Shown piece after piece: positions 48,292 to 60,352 of a stretch of DNA of 64,000 nt (position 1 is its first letter; every line of letters begins with the position of its first letter). The notes beneath the pieces are model-generated. The model ran no database searches. It was not told the origin of the DNA and worked only from the letters and a program-made list of their open reading frames with translations. Source of the stretch: Atractiella rhizophila (lineage: Eukaryota); NCBI GenBank assembly GCA_021432655.1, contig MU271180.1:161183-225182 (forward strand), given 5' to 3'. Position numbers and translations under genes: made by a program.

Positions 48292-51200
48292 ATGTCCCTC
48301 GTCGACAAGATGCACGACTCGAAGGCTGCAGCTCTGTGGCTCGCAGGCACGACCGCCGTCGTCCTCACTGGCGGAGTCTTGGCTGCTCACGCTCACGCTT
48401 CTGGGTCGCAGACGAATTCGGAAAAGCAGAAGCGGAGGAGGGAGCCAGAGAGGGTGGCGGTAGTTGGGGAGGAGGTGAAGAAGGATGGGGAAGGAGAGGT
48501 CAATGTGAAAGCGGTGGAGTCAGACGCTCTGGTCGCTGATACTACTGGAGGAGCTGTGGACAACGGAGAAGAGGCGGAGGCGGCGGAAGGACAAGAGAAG
48601 GAGAAAGAGTTCTGGAAGAGGATCAATCAGGTTTGGTACGTCCACCTCATTCAACGCCTGCCTTCAAGGTTCTGACATGTGATTCCTGTACTCAGGTCTA
48701 ACAACTCGTGGGAAGAGAGCGCCGCTTCCAAAACTAAAAACCAAAAACCAGCAGTCGATGCTGACATGAGCTTCACCGTCACCGTTCGGGAGCCAAAGGA
48801 TGCCTCTTCCGGTACGACTGACCTCCCACCTCTGACCGTATGCCGACGTTGACGTTCGTTGCATGAGTAGATCCAGACCCGACCGTTTCAGTGACGCTCC
48901 ACTGCAAATGTCTCATCTCTCGCCTCAAGTGCGTCTCTGCCCTCTCCCCTTCTTCGTAGACTGAGACTGCAACTGACGCCGAGCGGGGAAATAACAGGGA
49001 CATGTTCTCCTCCCTCGAAGAGTTCCGGTCAGACACACCGACCATAGACGGCAAGATCCTCTTCGTCGCTCTCGCCGCCCTCCAACGCATGTCAGTCCTC
49101 ACCCCTTCATCCAAATTCCACCCTGCATTTGACATTTGACAGCTGACAAAGCTGACCATCGCCCACTTACAGCCTCGACGAAGATACGAACGAACTCAAT
49201 CTCCATCCCTCCCTCGCGCTCCAAAAGAGCCTGTCGAGCGAATCCCAGCCTTGTCACAAGTGTGGCACATCCAGTGCGTCTCCTCTCCTCTCCCCATCCT
49301 CCCTGACACATAAGGAGAGGAAAACTGAGGCAATCTTTTCGTCAGCTCCAGCGCTTGAAACCGCAGCCGCGACTGAGACCGCGGAAGAGAAATCGGAAGA
49401 GGTGGATGGAATGAAGAGGAGGCGGCTGGAGCTGAGGGTCTTGCATCTTTCCGCTCTCATCAAGTGCATACGAGAAGAATTCGCTTCTGTGTTCGTCTTC
49501 CCCTCTGTGCTTTCGAGTCAGGTGGGTGAGGCTGACGGATGGTCGGGCGGGAAAAAAAAAAAAAAAAGCAGAAGCGGAGGAGGGAGCCAGAGAGGGTGGC
49601 GGTAGTTGGGGAGGAGGTGAAGAAGGATGGGGAAGGAGAGGTCAATGTGAAGGCAGTGGAGTCAGACGCTCTGGTGGCTGATACCACTGGAGGAGCTGTG
49701 GACAACGGAGAGGAGGCAGAGGCAGCCGAGGGACAAGAGAAGGAGAAAGAGTTCTGGAAGAGGATCAATCAGGTTTGGTACGTCCACCTCATTCAACGCC
49801 TGCCTTCAAGGTTCTGACATGTGATTACTGTACTCAGGTCCAACAATTCCTGGGAAGAGAGCGCCTCTTCCAAAACTAAAAACCAAAAACCAGCAGTCGA
49901 TGCTGACATGAGCTTCACCGTCACGGTTCGGGAGCCAAAGGATGCCTCCTCCGGTACGACTACCCTCCCACCTCTGACTGTATGCCGACGTTGAGGTTCG
50001 TTGCATGAGTAGATCCAGACCCAACCGTTTCAGTGACGCTCCACTGCAAATGTCTCATCTCTCGCCTCAAGTGCGTCTTCACCCTCTCCCCTTCTTCTTA
50101 GGCTGAGACTGCAATTAACACCGAGCGGGGAAATAACAGGGACATGTTCTCCTCCCTCGAAGAGTTCCGGTCAGACACGCCGACCATAGACGGCAAGATC
50201 CTCTTCGTCGCTCTCGCCGCCCTCCAACGCATGTCAGTCCCCACCACTCCATCCCAATTCCACCCTGCATTTGACATTTGACAGCTGACAAAGCTGACCA
50301 TGGCGCACTTACAGCCTCGACGAAGATACGAACGAACTCAATCTCCATCCTTCCCTCGCGCTCCAAAAGAGCCTGTCGAGCGAATCCCAGCCTTGCCACA
50401 AGTGTGGCACATCCAGTGCGTCTTCTCTCCTCTCCCCATCCTCCCTGACACATAAGGAGAGGAAAACTGAGGCAATCTCTTCGTCAGCTCCAGCGCTTGA
50501 AACCGCAGCCGCGACTGAGACCGCGGAGGACAAATCGGAAGAGGTGGACGGAATGAAGAGGAGACGGTTGGAGCTGAGGGTCTTGCATCTTTCCGCTCTC
50601 ATCAAGTGCATACGAGAAGAATTCGCTTCTGTGTTCGTCTTCCCCTCTGTGCTTTCGAGTCAGGTGGGTGAGGCTGACGGATGGTCGGGCGGGACAGGAC
50701 TAAGAAGCTCGAGAGACTGGACGTGGATAATGGCATTCCGTTCAAGTTGCTATGGACCTTGTTCCCCCTTGGAGAGTTGGTGGGAACCAGGGATCCCGCC
50801 AGTGAGGAGAAGGTTCGCATTCTCATCCCGTCTCCCTCCCCCGTGCAATTATCTTCGGAGGAGGAGAGCTGATGAGAGGAGTTTGTAGATGTCGTTCATC
50901 GTCAAGAAGGCTTACTACAATGGCACCGAGTACGTTCTCTCCCTACAAGCCCAGAGATGCTCATACTCATCATGATGGGTGGACAGAAACTTTGTCGTTT
51001 CTGGCACCCGTATCGAATGGGTCGGAACGACGTTCGTCAAGACGCTCGTGGAACGTCAGATTGCCTCTTACAAGGTACCGGTCCCTCAATCCTTCCACGG
51101 CAGCACTGATTTCTGTTACGTGTTGTGTTATGATGCATACAGGACTTGAAGCGAGTCCGGACCCTCAACGTCTATCCCTTGCAGCCGGCGTTGCGCGAGA

Positions 51201-53280
51201 AGTTGTTGGAAAGAGGCAGGAAGTATCTCCAGGTCCGTCTCCATGTTTACTCCCTCCTATGCGATTTCCAGCTCAATGTTGCTGTTGTGGCCCTGTAGTT
51301 CTGCCAGCCGACCCATATCGAGTATGAAGGTCCACTGGTGAGAGTGGGCACAAATGGCGCTTACAAAGTCATGGTCACTGGACGTGGTATGTTGGATATC
51401 AAAACCTTGAGAGCGACGAGGCCAAACGAGGTACGCAACGACTTTGTCATCCGACCACTCATCTGCCTTCTTCGTACTGACAGGGCTGTTTATTAGGATT
51501 ATTGGAATTTGGTCGAGTTTGACTCGGAAGGAGAGAGCGCGAGCTTCTTTCAGGACACCAGCTCCATGTTCGATAGTTTGGAGGAAGCGGAGAGGGAGAA
51601 GGAAATCATCACCCTTCCCCCGTGGCATTATGGTTACTGTTTTTACCTTTCCGTATGCTTTCTTCTCCTGCACCAGTGGTCGAAGAGTAATAATGAATGC
51701 CGAATGTGTGCCGTAAAGTGTTGGGGAAGGTTCTTGATTGACTTCATACAGCTGGTCGTTTATGATAAGACCCTGATAGATGATCTTTTGATGGATGAAG
51801 ACAGCAAGGTTTGCCGCATCTGCTCTCCTTTCCGCCTATTTTGTCTATGTTTGACACATCGATCTACAGCGCGTTCTCATGAATGTGACGCGGGCGAGCA
51901 CACAAGGCGTGGACCTCAAGTTCGGCTTCGAAGGCGTGCGAGTCTTGCTACACGGGGTACGTCCATACTCCTATATCATGATACATCCCTGAGGTTTTCT
52001 ATGTGTTCGATGTAGCCATCAGGCAGCGGAAAGACTTTCAGCGCGCTCGCTATTGCGGAACATCTCGAACGTCCCCTGCAGAGGATCCCCTTGACTGAGA
52101 TGGCCGCGAACGCATCGAATCAGGAGGCTCTCGTCGAGGTCTGCCATTTAACTTATCAATTTGTTTGGCGTTGACTGACCCGCTTCAATAGGGCGTGGTC
52201 GAGCTCGCATCCGTTTGGAATTCGGTCATCTTGCTTGAAGGCGCAGACACGTATTTCGAAGCACGGAGTGAGAGAGATACCTATCGTAATACGGCAGTCG
52301 CTGTTCTACTTGACTTGTTGGATGCGTTCAAGGGTGTTTTGGTCCGTCTCACATATTGATCCTGCTGAAAGCGATAGTGATGTACAGAGCAGTTTATGAC
52401 GTCCACGAGGCTGAGAAAGTAAGTGATCTCCTCCCCTCCGGCGAGACCTGAATGCTAACTGCAATCAGCTACGACGAAGCGCTCATCAGTCGTGTTTCGC
52501 TGGCTGTCAAATACCCCGCTCTCAATCGCTCCAAACGAGAAACGATCCTTCGATCCGTACGAGCCTTACCTTAACTCTCACTCCTTCCTAACAGTAGTGT
52601 TTCAGTTGTTACATAAAGCTGGAGCAAAGGTGCAAGAAGCCGAAGTCATCCTGCCGAAATCGCTTGCTCGCCTCAAGCCTCACATGATCCAAAGAACTCT
52701 AAGCGAGAATCAGGTGACGACTTTACCCGACGGGCACCTCATACCTCCTCTTCATCTCCGTAGACAAGGCCACCATGGGGAAGCCACGACGCATAGTCTT
52801 CCTGGTTCGCCGCCGAAGGAGAAAGCGAGGTTGTTGTCAGAATCGATCACCTTCCAGGATATCAAGTCTTGGGCATCGAAGCCAATCAATGGTCGAATGA
52901 TAAACGAGATAGTTAGAACAGCTAAATTGCTCGCGACTGCCGAAGGACAAAGTCTGCGATCGACTCATGTCGAAACGGTCCTCAATCTCAGTGAGCCTTC
53001 TCTTTCAACTTGCGAACAAATAGAAGTTGATGTAAACGCAGCTCTAGGATTCCATGACGATTATAGTGCGGTTGACGAAGAAGGGTTTGTCTCAGTCTAC
53101 TTCGTTGACAGATTCTTTACTAAAATCTGATTTTCAGGTCATACATTGATGAACGAAACGAAAGATGGAACTCGAAGGTGAGTTTCCTTAGCCGCTCTCA
53201 TTTCCGGACTAAAGACAAATAATTGATTGTTTTGGTAATCCAGTTGCCACTATACAGTTGAACGGGTTGACCTGAGAATC
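48292..53280 (+). CDS. Fungal AAA+ ATPase with N-terminal hydrophobic anchor, many exons; 5' part internally duplicated; 3' end approximate
   Basis: Spliced Walker A LLHG|PSGSGKT, AIAEHLERPL, VILLEGADTYFEARS, DEALISRV and INGRMINEIVRTA. Confidence 0.75.
48423..50693. repeat. 1142-bp-period tandem duplication with an A16 linker (49552-49567)
   Basis: 48423-49551 matches 49565-50693 with scattered SNPs. Confidence 0.9.
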
Positions 53281-54195
53281 AGTTTTCACTTTTTTTGGCT
53301 TTACTCCTTTACCGTATCATCTTATCTTAGACTGGACTACAAACCTAGCTCTTTAGAGCTGCTTCTCCCTTTAGTCGTTTATATCCTGCTCTAATTCAAG
53401 TGGTTTCATTGTCGGTTTCCGTGCTACTAGTCTGTTGCTTCATTCCACTAATTAGCTGCCCATACGTGACCTTTATCTTACATTATACGTACTACTTCGT
53501 GTCCATAAGCCCATTTTGTACATAGACATCGTCTCGCATTTGCACTGGGAACTATATCTACATCATCTTCATATTCCCATATCGCGGTTGCATAACCTAA
53601 GGCTCAAGACAGAAGTCACCTTCTCCTGCTGTCACTTAAGCCTTGAGCACTGCTCTCTACCTTGCTCTACAGCACCTCTCACCATGTTACACCGTACGTT
53701 AGTAGTGATGGAGGAAGGACAATGTAGAATGGGATGATCCTAATTTTCCGAGGGAGACCATACATGATTGAGACTGGAACCTGAACAACTGAGCGGATGC
53801 TACGATGTTGTAATGTCAAAGGCATGTTTAATCAACAAAGGGAGCTGTTGCTGTTAGCTCCCAACCAAACGCACGCACCTCTCTGGGGTAGTCTGAGGAT
53901 CCGAGGATTGTTAAGTAACTATGGCTTTGCACGTTACGATGCAAAGTAGGATTTCCAAAGGTAAGAGAAAGCTAGATCCGTTTGTTCGAGGTCATGAAGC
54001 AGGTTTATCGCTCATAGTGATAAAGAGGTCGACGTATGGATATGGTCACACATGGGCCCCAGGTTGACGAATGTCTGAATTAAGCAACGGACGGCCAGGA
54101 GCTCAAGATGCAGTGTATGATAAAAAGCTTCAATTTCAGCCTCTCGAGCTCGATGAGGTCGAGGAGTCTCACAATGACTGTAAAGAAAGAGTGAC

Positions 54196-55386
54196 TTAGT
54201 TGCGGAAGTCGATCCCCTTCACACTCCTTTCGCTGCCCCTTGATCTCTCTGGGTAGTGAATGCCAGTCGTGTTCACGCAGTTTGTTTTAAAGGTGGTCTC
54301 GACTGGTTTGAAGTTGCCAAATTGTTCGGTGCCATAAACGTGCATGTAGTACCACACCTCGCTCAGGACAGTTCCATTTTGAGTGCAGCCAACGTGAGGG
54401 ACAGCGCCGGTTTGGGACTTGAGAGCGTTGATGATGCTTCCTATGGGGTAGGTGGTCTTGTTGGACGGAACGATCCCGGCAGCAGCGAGAAGGTCGAAGG
54501 TGGGGAATTGCTGGAAGGCTCGAATGGTAGCATCGAAGGCATCGACAACCTCAGCATGCTTCTTATATGTGGGACCGTAGCATTCGAGATCGAAGGTGGA
54601 TGTGCAAGTGAAGTGCTTCGAGAACTCATGTGCCCAAAATGCGTCGTTAGGAGCTCCTTGGTTCACCCAGAAGGCGTTCACTACATCATTTCTCAGACGG
54701 CGCGAAGGATATTGAGAGATGACATGCTGTATTCGAGTAATCCGGGTCTGTTAAACCTAGACACCATTGAGGTGATGCTCTCTCCCGTCCATGGTTTTAC
54801 GACAACCACCTCTCCGTTCCTTGTGAAGTTCCTACAATCAATAAACCGTATTAGCAAAACCCAAAAGAGGAGAAGCAGTAATAAAGACATACGCAGGGTC
54901 CGGCTTCGGGTCATATTGCCTGTCCAAATCGCAGTACTGGTCGAAGGAGCCTGTTGCAGCGTTCAATTTCTGGGATCAAGCGAATCTACTAGCACGCACC
55001 ATCACAATTGTCCGGCCCTTTTATACTTATCAGTATGAAGTCCTGCCAATGGAAGGAAGAGCGCACATAAACCGTGAATCGTCCATGAACCCTCAGGCAA
55101 AAGCTGCCCCTTCTTCTCAAGGCCGGTATATGTGCTCCAGAACTACCCGAAATTTCAGCAAGAGGGTTAGGTAAAGGATCTTACCGCCTACCTGGGTCTG
55201 TAAAACAAGTCCGCCTGGAGTAGGCGAGCAGCAAGTGTTCGTAATGGCAGTGGTATTCTCACAAGAGTAGAAAGAGTCGATCGCTGCGCAGGCGGTGATA
55301 TTAGGGAAGGTAGAAATCTTCTGCCCATAACCAGGAAGGAGGGTGGCTGAAGCCGCGAGCGGGAGGACAGCGAGAAAGAGGGACAT
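54196..55386 (-). CDS. Secreted ribonuclease T2, multi-exon
   Basis: Signal peptide, TCCSPTPGGLVLQTQ, CAS I WTIHGL(W)PDNCDG and CAS II FWAHEFSKHFTC. Confidence 0.92.
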
Positions 55387-55745
55387 GATGGCAACTGGGT
55401 GGAAAGTTGAATGAGGCACCAATGCGAAAAAGTCTTTGGGCTTTATAGAATCGCGGGTGAGCTCTTAGCACGTTCGATAAGCTGCCACGCGTCGACGGAA
55501 TTAGCGTCCAGACAGTCAGGGATTGCAAACTTATGTGCGGCCGTTTCAAGCGCGATGAGCAGCTTCTTGATTCACTCAATGAAGTTCGGTCAGGGTCAGG
55601 CATTGCCACGAAATGGTTCTTCATTCCACAGAGATCAAGAAACGTGTACAATATTGAGAGAGGAACTGAGTCGTAAGGAAGACCATTGAGAGGTGAATGT
55701 ATCCAGGCGCAAGGAAATATTGAGCAAAACAAACACAGATCAAGG

Positions 55746-57148
55746 TTATTCGCTGTCCTCTTCATCTGCTTGTTCCAACCAATGGATAAAGTTCTTCGCC
55801 TGCTTCTTGACCTTCGCACTCGTCTCCTTATCGACATACTACGTCCCGCAACGCTGTCAGTGAGAGCAGAAGAAAGGCAGAGGAGGAAGAACGGACCTTC
55901 TTGGAGACGTGAGTGCCCCAGTGCAGCAAGACCTCTTCTTCAAGCACGTCCGCTTGGTACAATTTCATCAAGATATTCTGCACCGTCTTGTCCCCGTCCG
56001 TCAACCACTCGGGATGCTGGAGGCCAATGAAGCGCTCCAATCCTCCCAAAAGGGACTTCTGGTGCTTTTCAGAGGTCGTCATCTGCATCCCACTTCCTCA
56101 GCACTTGTTCTTCAAGATATTAAGAAAAGTGCAAACCTTCTTCAACAATCCAGCATGTTCGCCAACCTCCTTTGCTGCATCCTCAGAGAAGAGAACTTGA
56201 GCAAGGACCGTCAGTGTTTTGTTCTTCTTCTCGATGCTCATCTCCTTCGCCTTCTTGAAGATCTCCACATCACCTTCCTTAATGTTGTCTTTCACCCAGT
56301 CTCCAAAAATCTTATAGGGGCTGTCTTCCCCCTCTCCCTCTTCATCGTCTCCATTCATCCCCAAGGAGTTCTTAAACGTGTTCTCCAACTCCTTCACCCT
56401 CTCAGACACATCCGCCGACTCGTCCCAATCCTCGTCCAAGCCTTTGCCATGCTCCTTCTGGATCTCCGCAAGCGTCGGGATATTGACTTCTTTCCCAGCA
56501 ATCGTCTCCTTCTGCTCATCACCATCTCCAGTTTGCACTTCCTCTTCTTCAGGCGGAGTCTTATCGCCCGCAGCTCCACCAATCCCATCCGCGGCACCGG
56601 AGATGTCCTTCTTCTTCTTCCCGCCCTTCCCCTTCGTTCCACCGCCGGTCGAAGGGGGGTTCTTCAATATAAAAGTAGTCAGTTTGTGCCTCATGTCCAC
56701 GCTACCTTTGTGGCCGCACGCTTGGCAGTCTCTGGTGATCATCTCATCTCTGCCAATCACGAGCGTGGTCTCGGGGTTCTTGCAGGAAGGACAGAGCACG
56801 AATTTGTCGATGAAAGCATCCAAGAGTTCGCGGAGACGGTCGGCTTGGTGTGCTCCGTTGACAATGTAGCGGTCGGCGGCAATGTCAAACGTGGTTTGTG
56901 CGCCTAACTCGCAACCGAAAAACTTTGTAGGATCTGCATCCCGCCCATCACCATCAGTACCACTGTCGTTTGAAATTGTCAGAAGACGTACAAGTAGCTG
57001 GTCTACTGAGGGAGCGCGCAATGTCGCTCATGTTCGGAATGACCGTCTTAATGCCGTTTCCTTTGCCTTCGATCTTGATTTGAAGAACGGGCATCTTGTA
57101 CCGATAGAATTTATCGGAGACGTCCCTTCTAATGTTGACGGTCGCCAT
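55746..57148 (-). CDS. TIF5: Eukaryotic translation initiation factor 5, multi-exon
   Basis: [55 protein letters not shown] and CQACG zinc finger, and a W2 domain ending in [14 protein letters not shown]. Confidence 0.96.
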
Positions 57149-57163
57149 ATTGATTGATGAGTT

Positions 57164-57339
57164 TTACTACGGCCACGGACGAGTCAGTCAGTTGAGAAGA
57201 GATGGAATGAGCAGCAAAGACGTACAGATGATTGAGGTATGTGAGGTATATGGCCTTTGTGCCGTTCGTGAATGTTCAATAATTTCGACTTCGAAGAGTA
57301 GATTGTGGATCGGAGAAATTGCGTGCTCTGAAAAGGCAT
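57164..57339 (-). promoter_or_regulatory. Spliced 38-codon uORF in the eIF5 5' leader with a poor-context AUG
   Basis: TTC-ATG-C at 57339, open to donor GTACGT (57225). After the intron (57225-57167) the next codon is TAA, ending 15 nt before the main AAT-ATG-G. Confidence 0.7.
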
Positions 57340-58467
57340 GAAACTGTTCTCTCCTTGCTTCTTGGGTTTGATGGGTTCCGAGGTGAAGGTTCAAAGGTGT
57401 TGATCTGTAGCTTTGGTCGTCAGCACGTTGAAGTATGAGCATAAACATGATAAAGAAGGAAGGCAGCGAATAAACATTAGATGACGTGACACTGAACAGG
57501 ATTTCGACGAGAAATCAGGGGGAACATTATCCTGCCGGTCCAATAATGAAAGGAAAATGTGTTTCCCGAGGTTAAGGCTAGATTGACTGCTCCAAAGAAT
57601 GTAAAAGGCCGATAGAGAAATCGCTTTAAGCTTCTCAAAGGTGGAACCCAACCCGAAAACTGTGAAGATGAAAAATAATGGAATGCTGGAGACACACAGT
57701 GGGACCAAGTTCCCGGCCAAATCGTTGGGACACTAGACATATGAAAAGGGAACCAGGCAGTACAGGGCAATACAATTACAAAGGCTTCAATTTATAGGCG
57801 CAAATTCTCCATTCATCGCTGAGACAGAAGACAAAGAGCAAACAATACCCTGATCAACACAGAGAAAGCTTCAATCTTTCTGGAGTATTGTAACCATGAT
57901 AATTGATTATGGATCGAGGGTTGAGATTTGGCTTTTTCAGAATAAATATTGCCTTCATGACGTGGCCAATGAGACCGCTTCATCCGTTTCTGAATTCAGA
58001 TGCATCCTGCCTCCCGGCCTCCGAACGAGGCCAAAGGGACACGTGTTTGGTCAAAAAAACACGTTCAGCCTACAGTTTTCCAAACTCCAAACGATGGGTT
58101 GAGCTGAGAGGCAGGATGGTAGAGCAGGATAGATGTTTGGGTTGTGTGTTGACACAACCGTTGCCACCTCTTCTATCCGCTCAAATCTCGCCTTCCTTCG
58201 ACTCCAACGACACACTCCTCTTCCACACTCAATTTGACGCACAACAGAATGAAAAGGACGCAGATGAAACGAAAACATGATCCCAACATATTGTAGCATG
58301 ACCTAGATGGAAAACGACAGACTCACAGTAGCACACGCAGTCGAGTAATCGCTTTTCCCTCCTTTCAGGCGGGGTAGCTCGCTTCTTCTTTCTCTCTCTC
58401 TTGCTCTTGCTTTCCGTGTTCGTTGTTGAAAGAAGAATTGCCACCCTGCTTTGATGACTCCGTTCAA

Positions 58468-58484
58468 GGTTAGGGTTAGGGTTT
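58468..58484. promoter_or_regulatory. Interstitial telomere-like motif (GGTTAGGGTTAGGGTTT) between divergent genes
   Basis: Direct sequence match. It lies between the eIF5 leader and the ATG at 58613. Confidence 0.5.
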
Positions 58485-58612
58485 TTGCCATTCCACGCCT
58501 GCAGTCTCACTTTCGCTCAGGTACTCCGTACGCGCCTGCCCAGTTTCAACACCGTGTCCGCATTCCTGTGACTAGTTGTGCCAGAAGTCGCGAAGAAGAA
58601 GAAGAAGGAAGG

Positions 58613-60352
58613 ATGACGGTCGTGCTGGACTCTCCCAACCTCGAACGGCTCTGGGCTCTCCTCTCCGAACTCTCAGCCCAGCTGAGCGCGAACAAGGAGC
58701 AGTGTGTCGCCTTGCAACGGCAGGCTGAAGAGTTGAAGGTCTCTTTTCCCTCCTACCCCTGTTCCTGTCCCTTCCTTGCTTACAACTTGTGTGTGTGGAC
58801 AATAGGCCCAGGCCGTACATACCAATACTGGCTTCGCCCTCAAGCGGTTCAACGTCGATATCACCCAGGAACGGTTCGAGAGCGAACTGGAGAGGTCGAA
58901 CGCTCAGCTGACGGTCGAGAATCAGCAGTTGCATTATGAGAATCGACAGCTGAACGCTCTGTTGAAGGATTATGAGGGGACGTTGGAGAGCGTCATGGGA
59001 AGGTTTAGAGGACTTGCGGTGCGTTTTTATTCTTCGGTTTGGAAGGATGGAGGACTACATCGGAGGAATGTATGTATGGTGGAGGAGGTTGCGCCTGTTC
59101 CCTTCTTCCGCATTTCTACGACCTCCTGTTCATTGCATGACGTTGAAAGCCCATTTCGATTCTTGGGCGAGCACTAGCAAGTTTCAATGTGTTTTTTCCT
59201 TCATGGAACGAGGGTATCGAGAGACCAAAGGATTCTTTCGTCGAGTTGGAGAACGAGCATCCGGAAAATATTTCTGCAATCCTCACTCAAACTGTGCTCG
59301 ATATTTGACCCAAAGTGCGTACTCGAGCTGCTTAGAAGCGGAGCAGCCTAGCCTGGGGACAGAAGTCGGGCCATTAGAGTAGAGATGGAGACTGCGCAAC
59401 AGGAAGCTGGTGTGTTGCCCTAGTCCATCGTTTTCTTCTCCCCTTCATTTATGCCCTGCCCCTCTTCATGAGAAAGTAAAGGAGGCAGAGGAGAGGAAGG
59501 AATACGCTGTTCGCGCTCCTCGTCCTAGTTGCTGGAGCTCCGAGCATGATTGCCTCTATCTGTCTCGCAGCCCTTGTCCTAGCTCCTGGGAGGCGAAGGA
59601 AGATCGACCGTTGGGATGACGGTGCCAGGTAGTTACCATTACTAGTTGAAATAATGCTGGTGAGGAGCCACGAACAACAAGTGCTCCTGATTCCTTTTCC
59701 CCGTAAACCTGTGCATGAAGCTAGCATTCCTTTCCCAGTTGATTTTAAATGAAAGTCGCGTCTCCTTTGTTGTTCAATGGCACATGTGAGAGAACGATAA
59801 TTATCCAAACCAGTGGATTAGAGGTTGGAAAAAGACAATGTGAAGTAGAATTTTGAAGGAGTTTTTTAACGAAGAACTGACAAAGTTTGAACAACATGAA
59901 ATGGTGCTGATACGTTCCTCTAGCATTCGACGCAGCAACATGAACTTGCACTTCACCGCCATTACGAATCACTTCTCCTTAATTACATGCAGCAACAAGC
60001 CTCGCCCACTTCCCCCTACAACTCCCAATTCGAACACGAACGAGAACCTTCCAAAGAACAAAACCAGCCTAACGGCTTCTACACCTCCCCGTCTTCTTCA
60101 CAAATTTACGATTCGCCGGCGTCGGCACCGTCCGCTCAACAGCTCCAGCAATCCAATTTAGAGCGGAGAGGATCGACGGCATCCGTTTCTGGACTCCCGC
60201 CTGAGATGGAGCGATCGTTGGACCGTCTCTCGACTTTGCTGAGGAAAACGATGCGGTCGTTGAACGACGAGGAATTCGAAGCGGAAGACGACGAACCCCT
60301 GTCTCCGATCACGTCTCCAATCCAAGCACCGACTTCGCCTCAACGCGCAAAG
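58613..60352 (+). CDS. SIKE/FGFR1OP2-like coiled-coil protein (putative STRIPAK subunit), normally oriented part; exons 58613-58738, 58806-59018, 59924-~60352
   Basis: LERLWALLSELSAQL, GFALKRFNVDI..FESELER, ENRQLNALLKDYEGTLESVMGRFR (SIKE-like) and QQHELALHRHYESLL. GT-AG introns keep the frame. Confidence 0.75.

Noticed and set aside
54256..55038. 260-aa plus-strand ORF
   Set aside because: Antisense to the RNase T2 exons.
55909..56907. 332-aa plus-strand ORF
   Set aside because: Antisense to highly conserved eIF5 and has no recognisable motifs.
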